From NCBI GenBank assembly GCA_032718475.1, contig JAUCBJ010007401.1:1-52698 (forward strand): a stretch of 52,698 nt of DNA, written 5' to 3'. Source of the DNA: Nemertoderma westbladi. Its lineage: Eukaryota > Animalia > Xenacoelomorpha. The position numbers and the translations under genes are program-made. Positions 10,439 through 21,522 of this stretch are shown in pieces. The stretch's first letter is position 1, and every line of letters begins with the position of its first letter. The notes beneath the pieces are model-generated. The model saw nothing but the letters and a program-made list of their open reading frames with translations. It was not told the origin of the DNA and searched no databases.

Positions 10439-13400
10439 AAACGGCCTGCTCAACCACAACCATTGCAAACCTATGCGGTAAGAACTAGAGTAGGTTGATA
10501 CTTTACTGGCCCTTCCCGTAGAACTCTCGAAGAGAGAATGCCATACGAACAAATATATCAAGTAAACGATTGGGAAGTGGAAAGCAGTGAGGTGGACGAA
10601 CTAACTGAAGGAACACCATACTCCTCAGATAATGACGACATCTACCAACTCTTCGATGAAGAGAACACAATGGACCTACTTACCGAAAACCAAACTTGGA
10701 AAAATCAGGTGAATCTATGTCAACTGATTCGCCCATCGGAACCCATTACTTACAATGACGAACTAAACGATGAGATAGAGCGCTACAACGCTAGAACTCG
10801 GGACGAACTAGCCGTACGATTCTTTACCCAAGAATTGGTAGAACCCAATTCATACGACAAAGCCCTGTCGATAGAAGAAGAAAGAGCCAAGCAAATCCAG
10901 GAAACAACCACACGTTTTTTAAAAGATCAAGGTAGATATGAAATCGGACTACCCTTCCGAAAACGGGAACCTAGATTTATAAATAACAGACCCTTGGCTG
11001 AGAAAAGAATCAATCAATTACATCGACGTCTTACGGCAAATGCTTCAGCTAAGGAAATGTACCAAACTCAGTTGAAGAAATTTATCACAAAGGGATATGC
11101 GGAGCGAGTACCGGAAGGAACTCCAATAACTGAAAGAACTTATTATCTAACACATCATTACGTTCCCAAACCCGGTAAACCCCATGAAGTACGGGTCGTA
11201 TTTGATGGCTCCGCCCTATATATGGGCCAATCCCTCAATTCCGAGTTGTTACCAGGACCCAACTTGCTCCAATCTTTGTTGGGAATACTTTTAAGATTAA
11301 GACAATATTCCATCGCGTTCGCCTCCGATATAGAAGGAATGTTCTTACAAGTCAAGGCGTTGGATCGTGATAGAGACAGCCTAAGATTCCTGTGGTGGCC
11401 TGAAGGAGATCTCAACCAGAAACCGGTAGAGTACTGGATGACCATCCAGGCTTTTGGGATTATATCAAGCCCTTCAAACGCCTGCTCAGTGGTTCGTACC
11501 ACTGCGGATGACAACCGGGATGCCTTCTCCAAAGAGGTATAACATCAAATGAGACATATACATGGACGACAATTTAAAGTCCCTTCCATCAGTAAAGGAA
11601 GCCATTGATGTCGCGAAAGGAACGGTTGAGTGTTTGAAAAGAGGTGGATTTCGATTGACAAAGTTCACCAGCAACTCCCGTGAGTTTCTGGAAGCAATAT
11701 CTGTAGAAGACCGGGGATCAAAAGACCTCGACTTAATACATGACGATCTTCCGGAAACCAAGACGCTTGGCTTGAAGTGGGACACAGAAAGAGATATCCT
11801 GTTTTTTCAGTTAAAACAGAGAGATAATCCAGTTCGGACCAAACGGATTTGTTTAAGTATTCTGAGCACTTATTTCGATCCCTTGGGATTTATTAGCCCA
11901 GTTATATTGATTGCTCGGAGTTTAGTACAACAAATGTGGCTTGAAAACCACTCGTGGGACGATCCACTCAAGGGAGAACTATTAAAGAAATGGATGAAAT
12001 GGGAGGACTCGCTACCTGCCATCGAGAACTTTATAATTTCTCGTTCATATTTTGGTCATGTTCTCCCTACGTATTCCTATCAACTCCATGTATTTGGAGA
12101 TGCCAGCGATATGGGAATCGGTATAGTAGCATACCTGCGAGTCGAAACTCCGGATGGAATCAAAGTTGCCTTGGTTACCTCTAAGGCATTGATTAACAAC
12201 AAGCTTAAGGTTCCTCGGGCGGAGTTAAAAGCCGCTTTATACGCTACAGCTATCGGCCGGAATGTAACAGAACAGATCGATTATCCACTGGAGAAAACTG
12301 TTTATTGGACCGACGCTTTACTTGTATTGGAATATATAACGAATGAAGTCTGTCAGTTCAGCGTCTTTGTTACTAACAGAGTGGCCATTATTCTTAGTCG
12401 CACGACGATAGATCAATGGAGACATTGCCCTGGTACGATTAACCCAGCTGACATCGCCTCCAGAGGAGCCACTCCACAGGAACTGATAGATACTCCTGAC
12501 TGGTTGGGTGGACCCGACTTCCTGAGCAAGGAAGAGGATGAATGGCCTCCTCACCTTACTACGGCTGAGATTAGACAAGCCAAGGGAGCGGAGAAAGTCA
12601 AACCCAAATCTCGGACAAGTAAATCGAAGTTATTTAAACCAACAATCGATCTATCTGTATTACATACTGCCGAAAGCGATACTTCGGATCCACAATAAAG
12701 CCATCACATACTTAAAGAGATGTTTTCACCATCACTACTCCAGGACGCAGACCACTAGTGATCCTGCTCCAGTGACATCTGCGCAAGTTCATGTTATTAA
12801 AGATCTACCTAAGTACAAGATATCAGACCGGTTTCTAAAGGAGAAGATCAGTTACCAGGAGCATGAAGAAACTAATAAGCAGCTACTGAGACTCCTGCAA
12901 CGCTATGAGGATTCTGATAGGTATTTTCTGCTGTTGAGAAATCCGCAGATGCGCTTAAGGGATCGCTTCTCTAGCACAATGATAGATGGGTTAATACGTG
13001 TTGGAGGAAGGCTTACCAACGCCCCATTATCCTTTGATACTAAATTCCCTATACTCATTAGTAATCTTGAAGTACAAATCAAGATGATTGTAGATGTTCA
13101 CAGTAAACTGTATCATGCCGGTAGAGAACGAGTTCTTAGCGAAATTCGAACTCGCTATTATTTTCATAAACCACGTAGAGCTCTGAATCAAGTTCTTAGG
13201 AACTGCATACCTTGTAGGAAAGCATTCAGTAGGCCTTTAACACAGCGAGAGGCAGAATTACCTAGGGAACGAGTAAGCTTTTATGAACCACCCTTTACTA
13301 ATACTGGTGTGGATTTATTTGGCCCTATTGAAGTATATCGTGCTAGAACTATAGTCAAGAGATGGTGTGTAATCTTTGTCTGCATGACTTGTAGAGCTAT

Positions 13401-14310
13401 CCATCTCGATATGGTGAACGACCTATCTACTAACAGCTTCGTCTTATGTTTACGACGACAGATCGCTCGTTTCGGAACTAGCAACACGATGAGATCCGAT
13501 AAGGGAACGAACTTCATTGGTGCCAACAACGAAATTCAGGCTTACGTAAAGGACTGGAATCAAAGACAGGTGGACGACCAGCTACGGATAACGGCGTCTA
13601 GCTGGACCTTTAACGCCGCCGACGCCCCTTGGTGGGGAGGAAGTTGGGAGAGATTAATTCGAAGTGTCAAGACCGCATTTCACTTTATAGTGCCGTGTCG
13701 CGCATATCTCACCGACGAACTTCTGCGGACGTTAATGGAAGAAATCGCTGCCTATCTTAACGAGAGACCGCTTATGCCAGTCTCATCGAGTCTCGACTCC
13801 CTGGAAGCGCTAACACCCGCGCACTTCCTACTTAAGAAACCTGTAGCCATGCTCCCACAATCCGAGATTGCCGATGGAGATGAATACTGTCGTCGAACTT
13901 GGCAGCTTATGCAGTTGCTATCCCGTCGTTTCGCTGACCATTTTGAGAAACATTATCTGCCCACGCTACAACTTCGAACTAAGTGGTTTGCGCAGCAGGA
14001 AAATGTCAGCGCCGGAGACATGGTCCTTATTGTAGATCCGGACCTTCCACGTAGACGGTGGCAGATAGGTCGTATCATCGAGACGCACATCTCGGAGGAT
14101 GGTCTAGTGCGCTCGGTAGAACTCGTCGTAATGCGGCGTAACTTCAAGAAACCCAGCATAATCTTTGAGACGCAACAACTCAATCGCCCGGTTGGTCGTT
14201 TATGTTTGCTGGAAAGAGACCGGGAACTCTCCGGAAACTATGGAAGGCAAGAAACCCTTCCCACGACCACCTCCCTAATACCTCAAACATCTAGGGGCTC
14301 TTCAACGTAG
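10439..14310 (+). pseudogene. pol: BEL/Pao Pol (RT, RNase H, integrase), disrupted
   Basis: RT RVVFDGSA...LNSELLPGPNL...DIEGMFLQV, YMDD at 11559; RNase H LHVFGDAS and VPRAEL; integrase H-H-C-C, GVDLFGP, SDKGTNF, GGSWERLI; stops at 10436, 10496, 11550 and frameshifts near 11540 and 12700. Confidence 0.95.
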
Positions 14311-15927
14311 TACGTCTGGAGTGGGTGTATGTCAATATTATTTTATCTATTTTTATTACATTTTATATGTAAATGTTATTATGTACGTTATTATAATCGT
14401 TTTTATTTAATTTTATTTAGTAAAATGTTATTTTAGAATATTTAGTAAATTAGTGCAATATATTAGTGTTTATTACGTATTTAATTACTTATAATATATT
14501 TAGTGCGACGGCAAGAAATAATTATTTTCTCTTTCCTTACTGTCCGTATTATATTATAAATGCGAGACTATAGTAAGATGACATGTCAGTACTTCTTAAA
14601 GTACAATAAAGCCACTACTATATTTAAGTATTATTGGTAGGCAGAGTATTAGGAATGCAAAGTTCAGATCCTCGTGTCTCGGCTAAACCAAGCTCTGGGT
14701 AGACCTTGGAAACGACTTGCCTCTTCACACTGACATTGCTTCGTGCGATATTGCTCTTCTACCTTATAACAAATAATACATATAGTAGCGTGATGTCCCT
14801 CTAACAGTAGCGTAAATCGCAAATAAATCTGTTAAACTTTTTGACCATCTGTAATTCTAGTCGATGGAGATATCGTGGCACCCACCGATATACTTGAAAG
14901 ACAAATTCTAGAATCAGTGGTTAACGTCCCCAGACAAGTTCTGGAATAAATCGGTGCTCATCCTAAATATTAATTTAATATTTATTAAAATCTGTAAAAT
15001 CCCGATCCTTTAAAATTTCTAGTCAATTAAGATATCGCAGTATTTACCGATATTCTTAGAAGGACTATTTTATAGAATTAAGGATCCTAAGTCCCCAGAT
15101 ATGCTCTGGAATAAAATTTGTGTCAATTTAACATCAAATAATAAAATTCACGGGAATAAATTTAAATTCATATTCAAATGAATTTCATAAATTGTCATTT
15201 TGTGCAATTTATAACATTCCCAAAAGTCCAGTAATTAATAGATCATGGGAGCGGAGATTCATATTGAGTGTACTAGAGTGCGAGAATCTCCAACATATAG
15301 TCAATAGCCTATAAAATTTATGAAATCATGCATAAAGAGGATATTGACAATTAAAGAATTACTATTAAATAGCATCCCAGATCTGTATGCATGAGAATTA
15401 CCCTAATTCTACCGCTAGTTTTCCATAATGTCACCATGGCAACACCCACGCTAGAATTAGAAGCAAGTTAAAGGAAAAATAAAAAGCTTGCCCCATTGCG
15501 TAGCATAAGAGTATACATAGCGCACTATTAGTATCCAAGAATACATAGTAATAACGTGACATTCTGGAAGACACTGATTAACGGACAAATGGCCTGCATG
15601 TGTGCAGTAAGTAATGATTGTATGGAATTTGTGCGTTTATAGGTGAATGTTACTACTAAAGTGTGTTTACAGTAGCTAATCGCAATTGTAAAGTAGCCCT
15701 AACTCTACCGAGATAACCTCAAGTGGATTCAAGCCTTTGGGACGGACAGTGGTGGGACTTGTGCCGGTTATCGTTGTCGTGCTGTTGCTACATGTTGGCG
15801 CAAACACCGCGACGACGGTACATCGGCGCTGAGAAACCCACTGTCCGGGGGCAAAGACTAGTAGGCAGCAACGCCCGCTTGCCTAAATATTAACTCATAC
15901 TGATATTAATAAACTCAGATAGCAGAT

Positions 15928-18900
15928 ATGACGGAATTGATAGAAGATGACCTTGGTATTAGAGAGCGATATACTCTACCTTTACAAGCGTTTGTGGATA
16001 GCTTGATACGCGGTGAAGCCGATCCGACTATTACGGAGGACGATGGTCGTTATATCGAACCGCCGATGTCCCAGGAACAACTTACGCGTGAATTGGACTA
16101 TAGAAAATTCACCGCTCGCTATACGAATCGTAATGGTATGTATATGGACTTCTTAACTACCGGCCATCCTACCGATTTACATGATACGGAAGATGTAGAC
16201 ACCGAAAGGGAAATGGTTTTATTTAAATATCATGCCCAGCGGAATCGTAATGATAAACCGAGAATAGAACACGAGAACTCTATTCGCAACCTACTCGACA
16301 GAGAAAACGTTGAAGAACCCGATAAGCGCATCAACTTCAACGACTACTTGGAATTTTTGAGAGAAACCTATCTCAATATTGCCAGTCAACAGAACCTAGA
16401 GACTCGATATCCTCAAGGTATACATCACGATCCCATGGTAGAACTCAAACGACTCTATTTCACCATGATGTATCTTACCTCAGATCGTCCACTGCCTGTT
16501 GTCCCGGACAGCTTTGAACAAATGGAAGAGTATTGCAAAACTGGAGAACGATCACCTGCGTTTCCTCTGCAGGACGTACGTCTTTGGTATTATTGTGACT
16601 CATGCCCTAGACCTAACCAGCAAACGGAAAGACATAAACATCCGCGAAGACGTTGTGCTAAACACAGTTTTACGCGTTATACTTACGGGAGTTTCGAGCG
16701 AAACCTGTTCGACGTATCACCTACGATCGCCCGTCTAAAACGATCGCTAAATAAACCCATGATCAGAGTTCCGGAATACTCGGTCAGGCCTCCTCATTCC
16801 CCAGTGAGACCTCAAACTCTTGATCCTAACAGTATCACTGATCCTCCCGAGTTATACTCACTGTTCAAAGATTTGGTGTTACCCGAGCAGTTAATTGGTG
16901 GTGTTCCAGCGGTAGGTTCGTTAGATATTCGACCATCCTATTTAACCGGATTGGGACGCGGGCATCTAACATCGCCATTTAATCCTTACAATCGGCCAGG
17001 ATTAACTCCGATACAACCTGCCACGGAAGTCGAGGAGAGTGTCATCAGAAACGCTTTAGACGCCATCCGACAGAAAATCGGAAAGGGAACACAGGATTTT
17101 CTAGAGAAACGTAAATTACAGCAGCAGGTCCAATTGGTGAAAGAGTTAGCCTTGCCGCAGTTTGATAGAGAAATCCAAAACCTCGAAGAGGACATCGAGC
17201 TTGGACGTACGTATTCTCTACAGGAGTTTCTAGAAGAACGCTTACATAAACAAGCGGAGGAAAATCAACTAGAGGAGAAACATACGGAAATGGATGAGAG
17301 AGAAGAAGCCGCTTTAGCCCAACCCGAAGCTCAGATACTCATAACCGATCTCTACTCTAAAACCGTCCGTCATCCCTCGATGGTTCCGCATTTCGGAGAC
17401 AAACTTTTTGCAAAGATACAACCCCAACCGGTTGATATCAGCATAAGATCGCAAAATCTTATCGCTGACGCTCCTATGTTACAGCGTCCGCCAATCGAGG
17501 CCGCTCGAGTTGATGGTATACTCGTTGAACCTCCGGACAATCGAGCGGATCTTGTCCGTCGTATGGTACACAATGTCAACTTACGCGCTAGACCTTTACA
17601 GAACTCTTTTTATGGAATTAAAGACCACCCTTATTACGTTAATCTGACTCAATATTATATGGTCAAACCAGAAGATCCGATGCATAATTTAAAGTTTCTA
17701 CCACTAATAAATCCTCTGGACATTGTCGAACTCGAACAATTACAAAAACATCTGGATCAGTTAGTAAAGGTAAACTCATTTCGAAAACCATATAACGTTT
17801 CTCGAATAGAGAAGGATACAGAACCTCCTTATAATCTAGATGGATTTATTAAAACTCGATTAGTCCATTGGAATCTAGACGTATTATTCGAGGAGGAGAA
17901 GATACAAAGATATGGAAATGTGGAGACGTATACCACTCGATACATGAAGTATAGTGATCTCCCTGACGCTAATCAATGCGCCACCTTGTGGCATCCAGTA
18001 GGGATGACCCTCGAGAACGCCACCAAAGAGTGGAATGAAACTCTTAATATCATTGAGATGTATGGCGTTGTTACTTACGATAACGAAGGTAGCGTTCCAA
18101 TCGGAGAATTAGGAACTACGCGCATGATACACATACGCGGATTAGCTGGTTCCACTCACGTGTTTACGCGAGCGTGTTCCGACGTGATAGATTATTCCTT
18201 TGAAACTCTCACCGAAACGCAAAAGAATCTCCGACATGGACAATTCGAACTCGCGCAGCGTTACGTCATTGATACCGAACGCAAACCGGCCATGGGTATC
18301 GATGGATCGATGTTACCCCAGCCCGTTCTCGAGATGTTATTCAACGAAAGAATCATTAAAATCGGCTCAGCTGTTTACGGAGATCTCCAAAACGACTTTC
18401 GGAATATGGAAAATATCCCCTATCCTTTCGTGGATACTCAGCTGATAGCTCCTTGGGCCGAAGGCCGAGGTTTCTTTCGCACCATGTATGCTAATGCGTC
18501 TAGCAACATTACAAAGGTGCAACGAACTTCCATCGGACATCTTGCTTTTCAGGAATACGGATGGAATTTCAAGGTCGGAAATCCCATCAACTATCAACAA
18601 GTATACGGAGACCATTATGCTCGATTATACTTTGACGGACCGTTGACCACACCTGGCGCCGTGTATAGCTTCATGAGTGTTCCACTCCGCCCCTCCTTAG
18701 CTATCTACACGATCTTCGAAAACACCGCACTTTCCGGTTGGCTAGCCGATGTGTGCAGTCGTACTATACGCGCCCATCCATTAATACTTGGGACCAAACT
18801 CGCTAAGCTAGATGAACATAATAAATTCATCCGCTTTGAATGTTTCCGACGATTTTTAACCCCGTTTCGCAACGTGGATAGCCAATTCAAAGACCGCGCT

Positions 18901-19974
18901 TTGACCAAGCTCAGCTTAAGAGACTCGGCTGCGGAGAAGTTAGATAGCGCTGGATTTGCTATTTTCAAAGACATTTGTATAATAAACCTGCACTCCTCTG
19001 TTATCCAAAGACCTCGAATCCCCACAGGTTATTCTGTCGTGGAAATTCAGACGGTAGGTCCACTTGAGGAGACAGCCATGCCTACCTCAACTATACAAGG
19101 GGAAGACGAACCCATATGTTTAGAATCTGAAGAGATTCAGCCCCCCACGTCTCGGAGTAGCGATAGCGACTACATATTGGAATGGTATCAAGGTCCACAG
19201 TGTCTTACTGCGTATGATTATCGCCATGCCAATTATGTTTCTCAACAACGTTGTCGGCTGTGCGCATCGAGAGACCATATTACGTCTATGGACACCAACG
19301 ATCTCTGTTCCTATTTCCACGAGCAACCGTCGATGGAAATCTATTGTGCATATTGTCGGCTTAATAATTTGCACATTTTTGCTGTCTGCCCCCAATTTAT
19401 GACTCAATGCCATCATTGTCAATTAAAAGGACACGCCAGCTTTGATTGTCCCTTTAATCATGATTTAGAGAGTGTAGATGAAATGATTGTACTACGTTAT
19501 ATCAGAGCTTGGGAAGCGAACGCTGATTTACATTGTGATTCACGCCATCGCTATTACCCTGGACGCGCTTACGAAGGAGTTTATGCGTTCCATCCTTATT
19601 TGTTTGCCTCCGTCGAGCAGAAATCACGCCTATCGAGTTATGAACTACTGAAGCGCGTTGGAGAATGTATTTCAACCAAATATGTACGCAAATTTCTCAG
19701 GAGCATTAATCCGAGTGACATCTATTCTTACAACTTAATAAACTTTATCCGTCAAGACCCTGCCTATGGAGACTTATTTGTCAACTCACACCCCGAGTTA
19801 CAGGAAGTATATCGACGGCCTTACGAGTACCGAGCCCGCGAACGCGAGTTGGAAAGAACCATTAAACCAAGGAAGTTTCTGACTGCCTATGGCCCACCCA
19901 CGGCTCTCGTTCAGACGACTCTTAAAGGACCCGTAAGAGCAGCCGTCTTAAAACGCGCTCTCAAAGGTCATTAA
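15928..19974 (+). CDS. Accessory 1348-aa ORF: putative DEDDy (WRN/EXD/Mut-7-like) 3'-5' exonuclease domain plus CCHC zinc knuckles
   Basis: Uninterrupted 4-kb ORF between pol and the 3' LTR; ExoI VVTYDNEG, LPQPVLEMLFNERIIKIGSAVYGD (ExoII), FVDTQLIA, SIGHLA, PLRPSLAIYTIFE (ExoIII-like); knuckles at 19252-19449. Confidence 0.75.
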   Translation: MTELIEDDLGIRERYTLPLQAFVDSLIRGEADPTITEDDGRYIEPPMSQEQLTRELDYRKFTARYTNRNGMYMDFLTTGHPTDLHDTEDVDTEREMVLFKYHAQRNRNDKPRIEHENSIRNLLDRENVEEPDKRINFNDYLEFLRETYLNIASQQNLETRYPQGIHHDPMVELKRLYFTMMYLTSDRPLPVVPDSFEQMEEYCKTGERSPAFPLQDVRLWYYCDSCPRPNQQTERHKHPRRRCAKHSFTRYTYGSFERNLFDVSPTIARLKRSLNKPMIRVPEYSVRPPHSPVRPQTLDPNSITDPPELYSLFKDLVLPEQLIGGVPAVGSLDIRPSYLTGLGRGHLTSPFNPYNRPGLTPIQPATEVEESVIRNALDAIRQKIGKGTQDFLEKRKLQQQVQLVKELALPQFDREIQNLEEDIELGRTYSLQEFLEERLHKQAEENQLEEKHTEMDEREEAALAQPEAQILITDLYSKTVRHPSMVPHFGDKLFAKIQPQPVDISIRSQNLIADAPMLQRPPIEAARVDGILVEPPDNRADLVRRMVHNVNLRARPLQNSFYGIKDHPYYVNLTQYYMVKPEDPMHNLKFLPLINPLDIVELEQLQKHLDQLVKVNSFRKPYNVSRIEKDTEPPYNLDGFIKTRLVHWNLDVLFEEEKIQRYGNVETYTTRYMKYSDLPDANQCATLWHPVGMTLENATKEWNETLNIIEMYGVVTYDNEGSVPIGELGTTRMIHIRGLAGSTHVFTRACSDVIDYSFETLTETQKNLRHGQFELAQRYVIDTERKPAMGIDGSMLPQPVLEMLFNERIIKIGSAVYGDLQNDFRNMENIPYPFVDTQLIAPWAEGRGFFRTMYANASSNITKVQRTSIGHLAFQEYGWNFKVGNPINYQQVYGDHYARLYFDGPLTTPGAVYSFMSVPLRPSLAIYTIFENTALSGWLADVCSRTIRAHPLILGTKLAKLDEHNKFIRFECFRRFLTPFRNVDSQFKDRALTKLSLRDSAAEKLDSAGFAIFKDICIINLHSSVIQRPRIPTGYSVVEIQTVGPLEETAMPTSTIQGEDEPICLESEEIQPPTSRSSDSDYILEWYQGPQCLTAYDYRHANYVSQQRCRLCASRDHITSMDTNDLCSYFHEQPSMEIYCAYCRLNNLHIFAVCPQFMTQCHHCQLKGHASFDCPFNHDLESVDEMIVLRYIRAWEANADLHCDSRHRYYPGRAYEGVYAFHPYLFASVEQKSRLSSYELLKRVGECISTKYVRKFLRSINPSDIYSYNLINFIRQDPAYGDLFVNSHPELQEVYRRPYEYRARERELERTIKPRKFLTAYGPPTALVQTTLKGPVRAAVLKRALKGH

Positions 19975-20250
19975 ACCCCTCCCCACCGAAGTGGAAGTCG
20001 ACCAACCCGGTCACTTCGACCGGCGGATATACCGATCGTAATCCCATACCTTCTGATGCAATCATATTGCACCCTTCACCCAGGAGTTATAGCCCTCCTT
20101 GTAAAGTGGCTCGCCCCAAAGAGAAAAGGACTCTTGCTAGCTTTAAAAAACTGCGTAAACGCCGTCCGCGCAAGAAAGACTAACTGTTTAGAGTATTTTT
20201 ATATTTTAGAAACTGTGATTTTGTATATTTTATAGACTTAAATCCCATTT

Positions 20251-20261
20251 TCTGGGAGCGG
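20251..20261 (+). promoter_or_regulatory. Short polypurine-tract-like site
   Basis: tctGGGAGCGG immediately before the 3' LTR TG. Confidence 0.55.
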
Positions 20262-21452
20262 TGTAAAAGCTTTTGTGGGATAACTGATTCGTTTGCCTTG
20301 CTGGCCAGTTCCCCCCCGGTCGCTAGAATACTCTAAAAGGGATCTATAGCTAAAATAGTGCAAGCTACCAGCTTATTGGCTGATGTGCTGTACGAAGGTA
20401 TCTGGGTGCTGTTCGATCGGCCAACCAGCTTAGGGAGGTTGCCTCAGCCCTGCTGTGCCGTATCGGCCAATAGAATTTGAGTGGGCGTTGATTTTGACCT
20501 ATCCCAGAGCTACTGAACTGAATTTCCTATCTGTATGCTCATCCTCTGTGTTGGACGGGAGCTTCGGGGAATAAGGGTAGTTGGTATCCTCGTATAGTCA
20601 TGTAGTCATATGATTCTTTATATGATTCTGTTGTTGTGTTCCCATTTTTCGCCAGACCACCGGCTTTTGGGAAGAACTCTAGTAAAACTGCTTAAATTAT
20701 CGAAAGTATAACTGTTATCAATCAATCAACTAACTAGTCATTCTAAATAACTCATTATTAATTATATTGTTTGTACTGTTATTTACCGTCAGTTATTAAT
20801 TGTGTCTATTTGTTGAGGAAATATTGCTCTTTGGAGAATACTGATAAATCACCCAAATTTCCCAATTTTCTTGATACACTACAGGTTAGAGAGACAGGCT
20901 ATACATAACAATTGCGATTTAATCAATGTGGTGTGTATTGAATCTAATGTTATTTAGCAGACACTACATGAGTCAATTGCTGTTCTCTTTATGTGTGATC
21001 AAATTTACTGACGGTCGGCAGAATAGTGTGCATGATTGTGATTGGTAACAAAGCATTTCCTAAAGAATGCGCCTTATACTTTAATCATAAGCAGTATCGT
21101 TGCGTTTAGTATAAGTCCTAGCTCTGTTTAAATAGATAGAGCGCCACGTCCTAAAGGAACTGTTAATATTTCCCGAAAGCCAATAATATCTGTCAGAAAT
21201 TAATTATTAACGATCAATCGAATAATACAGTAGGTTTACACTGCAATCTTACACTGCAATAATAAAATTTAAGCAGCCGAATTCAGCCTCCCGGGTGTAT
21301 CCATCGGGTGAATGATCGCGCATGGGCTGGCTTCGGTTAATGTTTTGTTTATTAGCATAAAATATTGTCGTATGCTAAAGGTGTTTTAATTAACTAAAAG
21401 ACATATAAATTTTGGCAGGTTAAACTGCTAAAGGTCTTCAAAAGCGCGAACA
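20262..21452 (+). repeat. 3' LTR (1191 bp)
   Basis: TGTAAAAGC...GCGCGAACA, homologous to 2879-4080. Confidence 0.95.
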
Positions 21453-21522
21453 CATAGTATATATTTCCTATTAATTCCCTTATCTAAATTCCTATTCCCA
21501 TTCACAATATTAATTTAATTAA

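Larger units (their letters stand above)
2879..21452 (+). mobile_element. Full-length BEL/Pao LTR retrotransposon, 18,574 bp, with an extra ORF
   Basis: Two ~1.2-kb TG...CA direct repeats; Gag with triple zinc knuckle, then PR-RT-RH-IN with BEL-type motifs. Confidence 0.96.

Noticed and set aside
15928-19974. Extra ORF as an envelope glycoprotein
   Set aside because: No evident signal peptide, transmembrane anchor or fusion-protein cysteine pattern; motifs are nucleic-acid related
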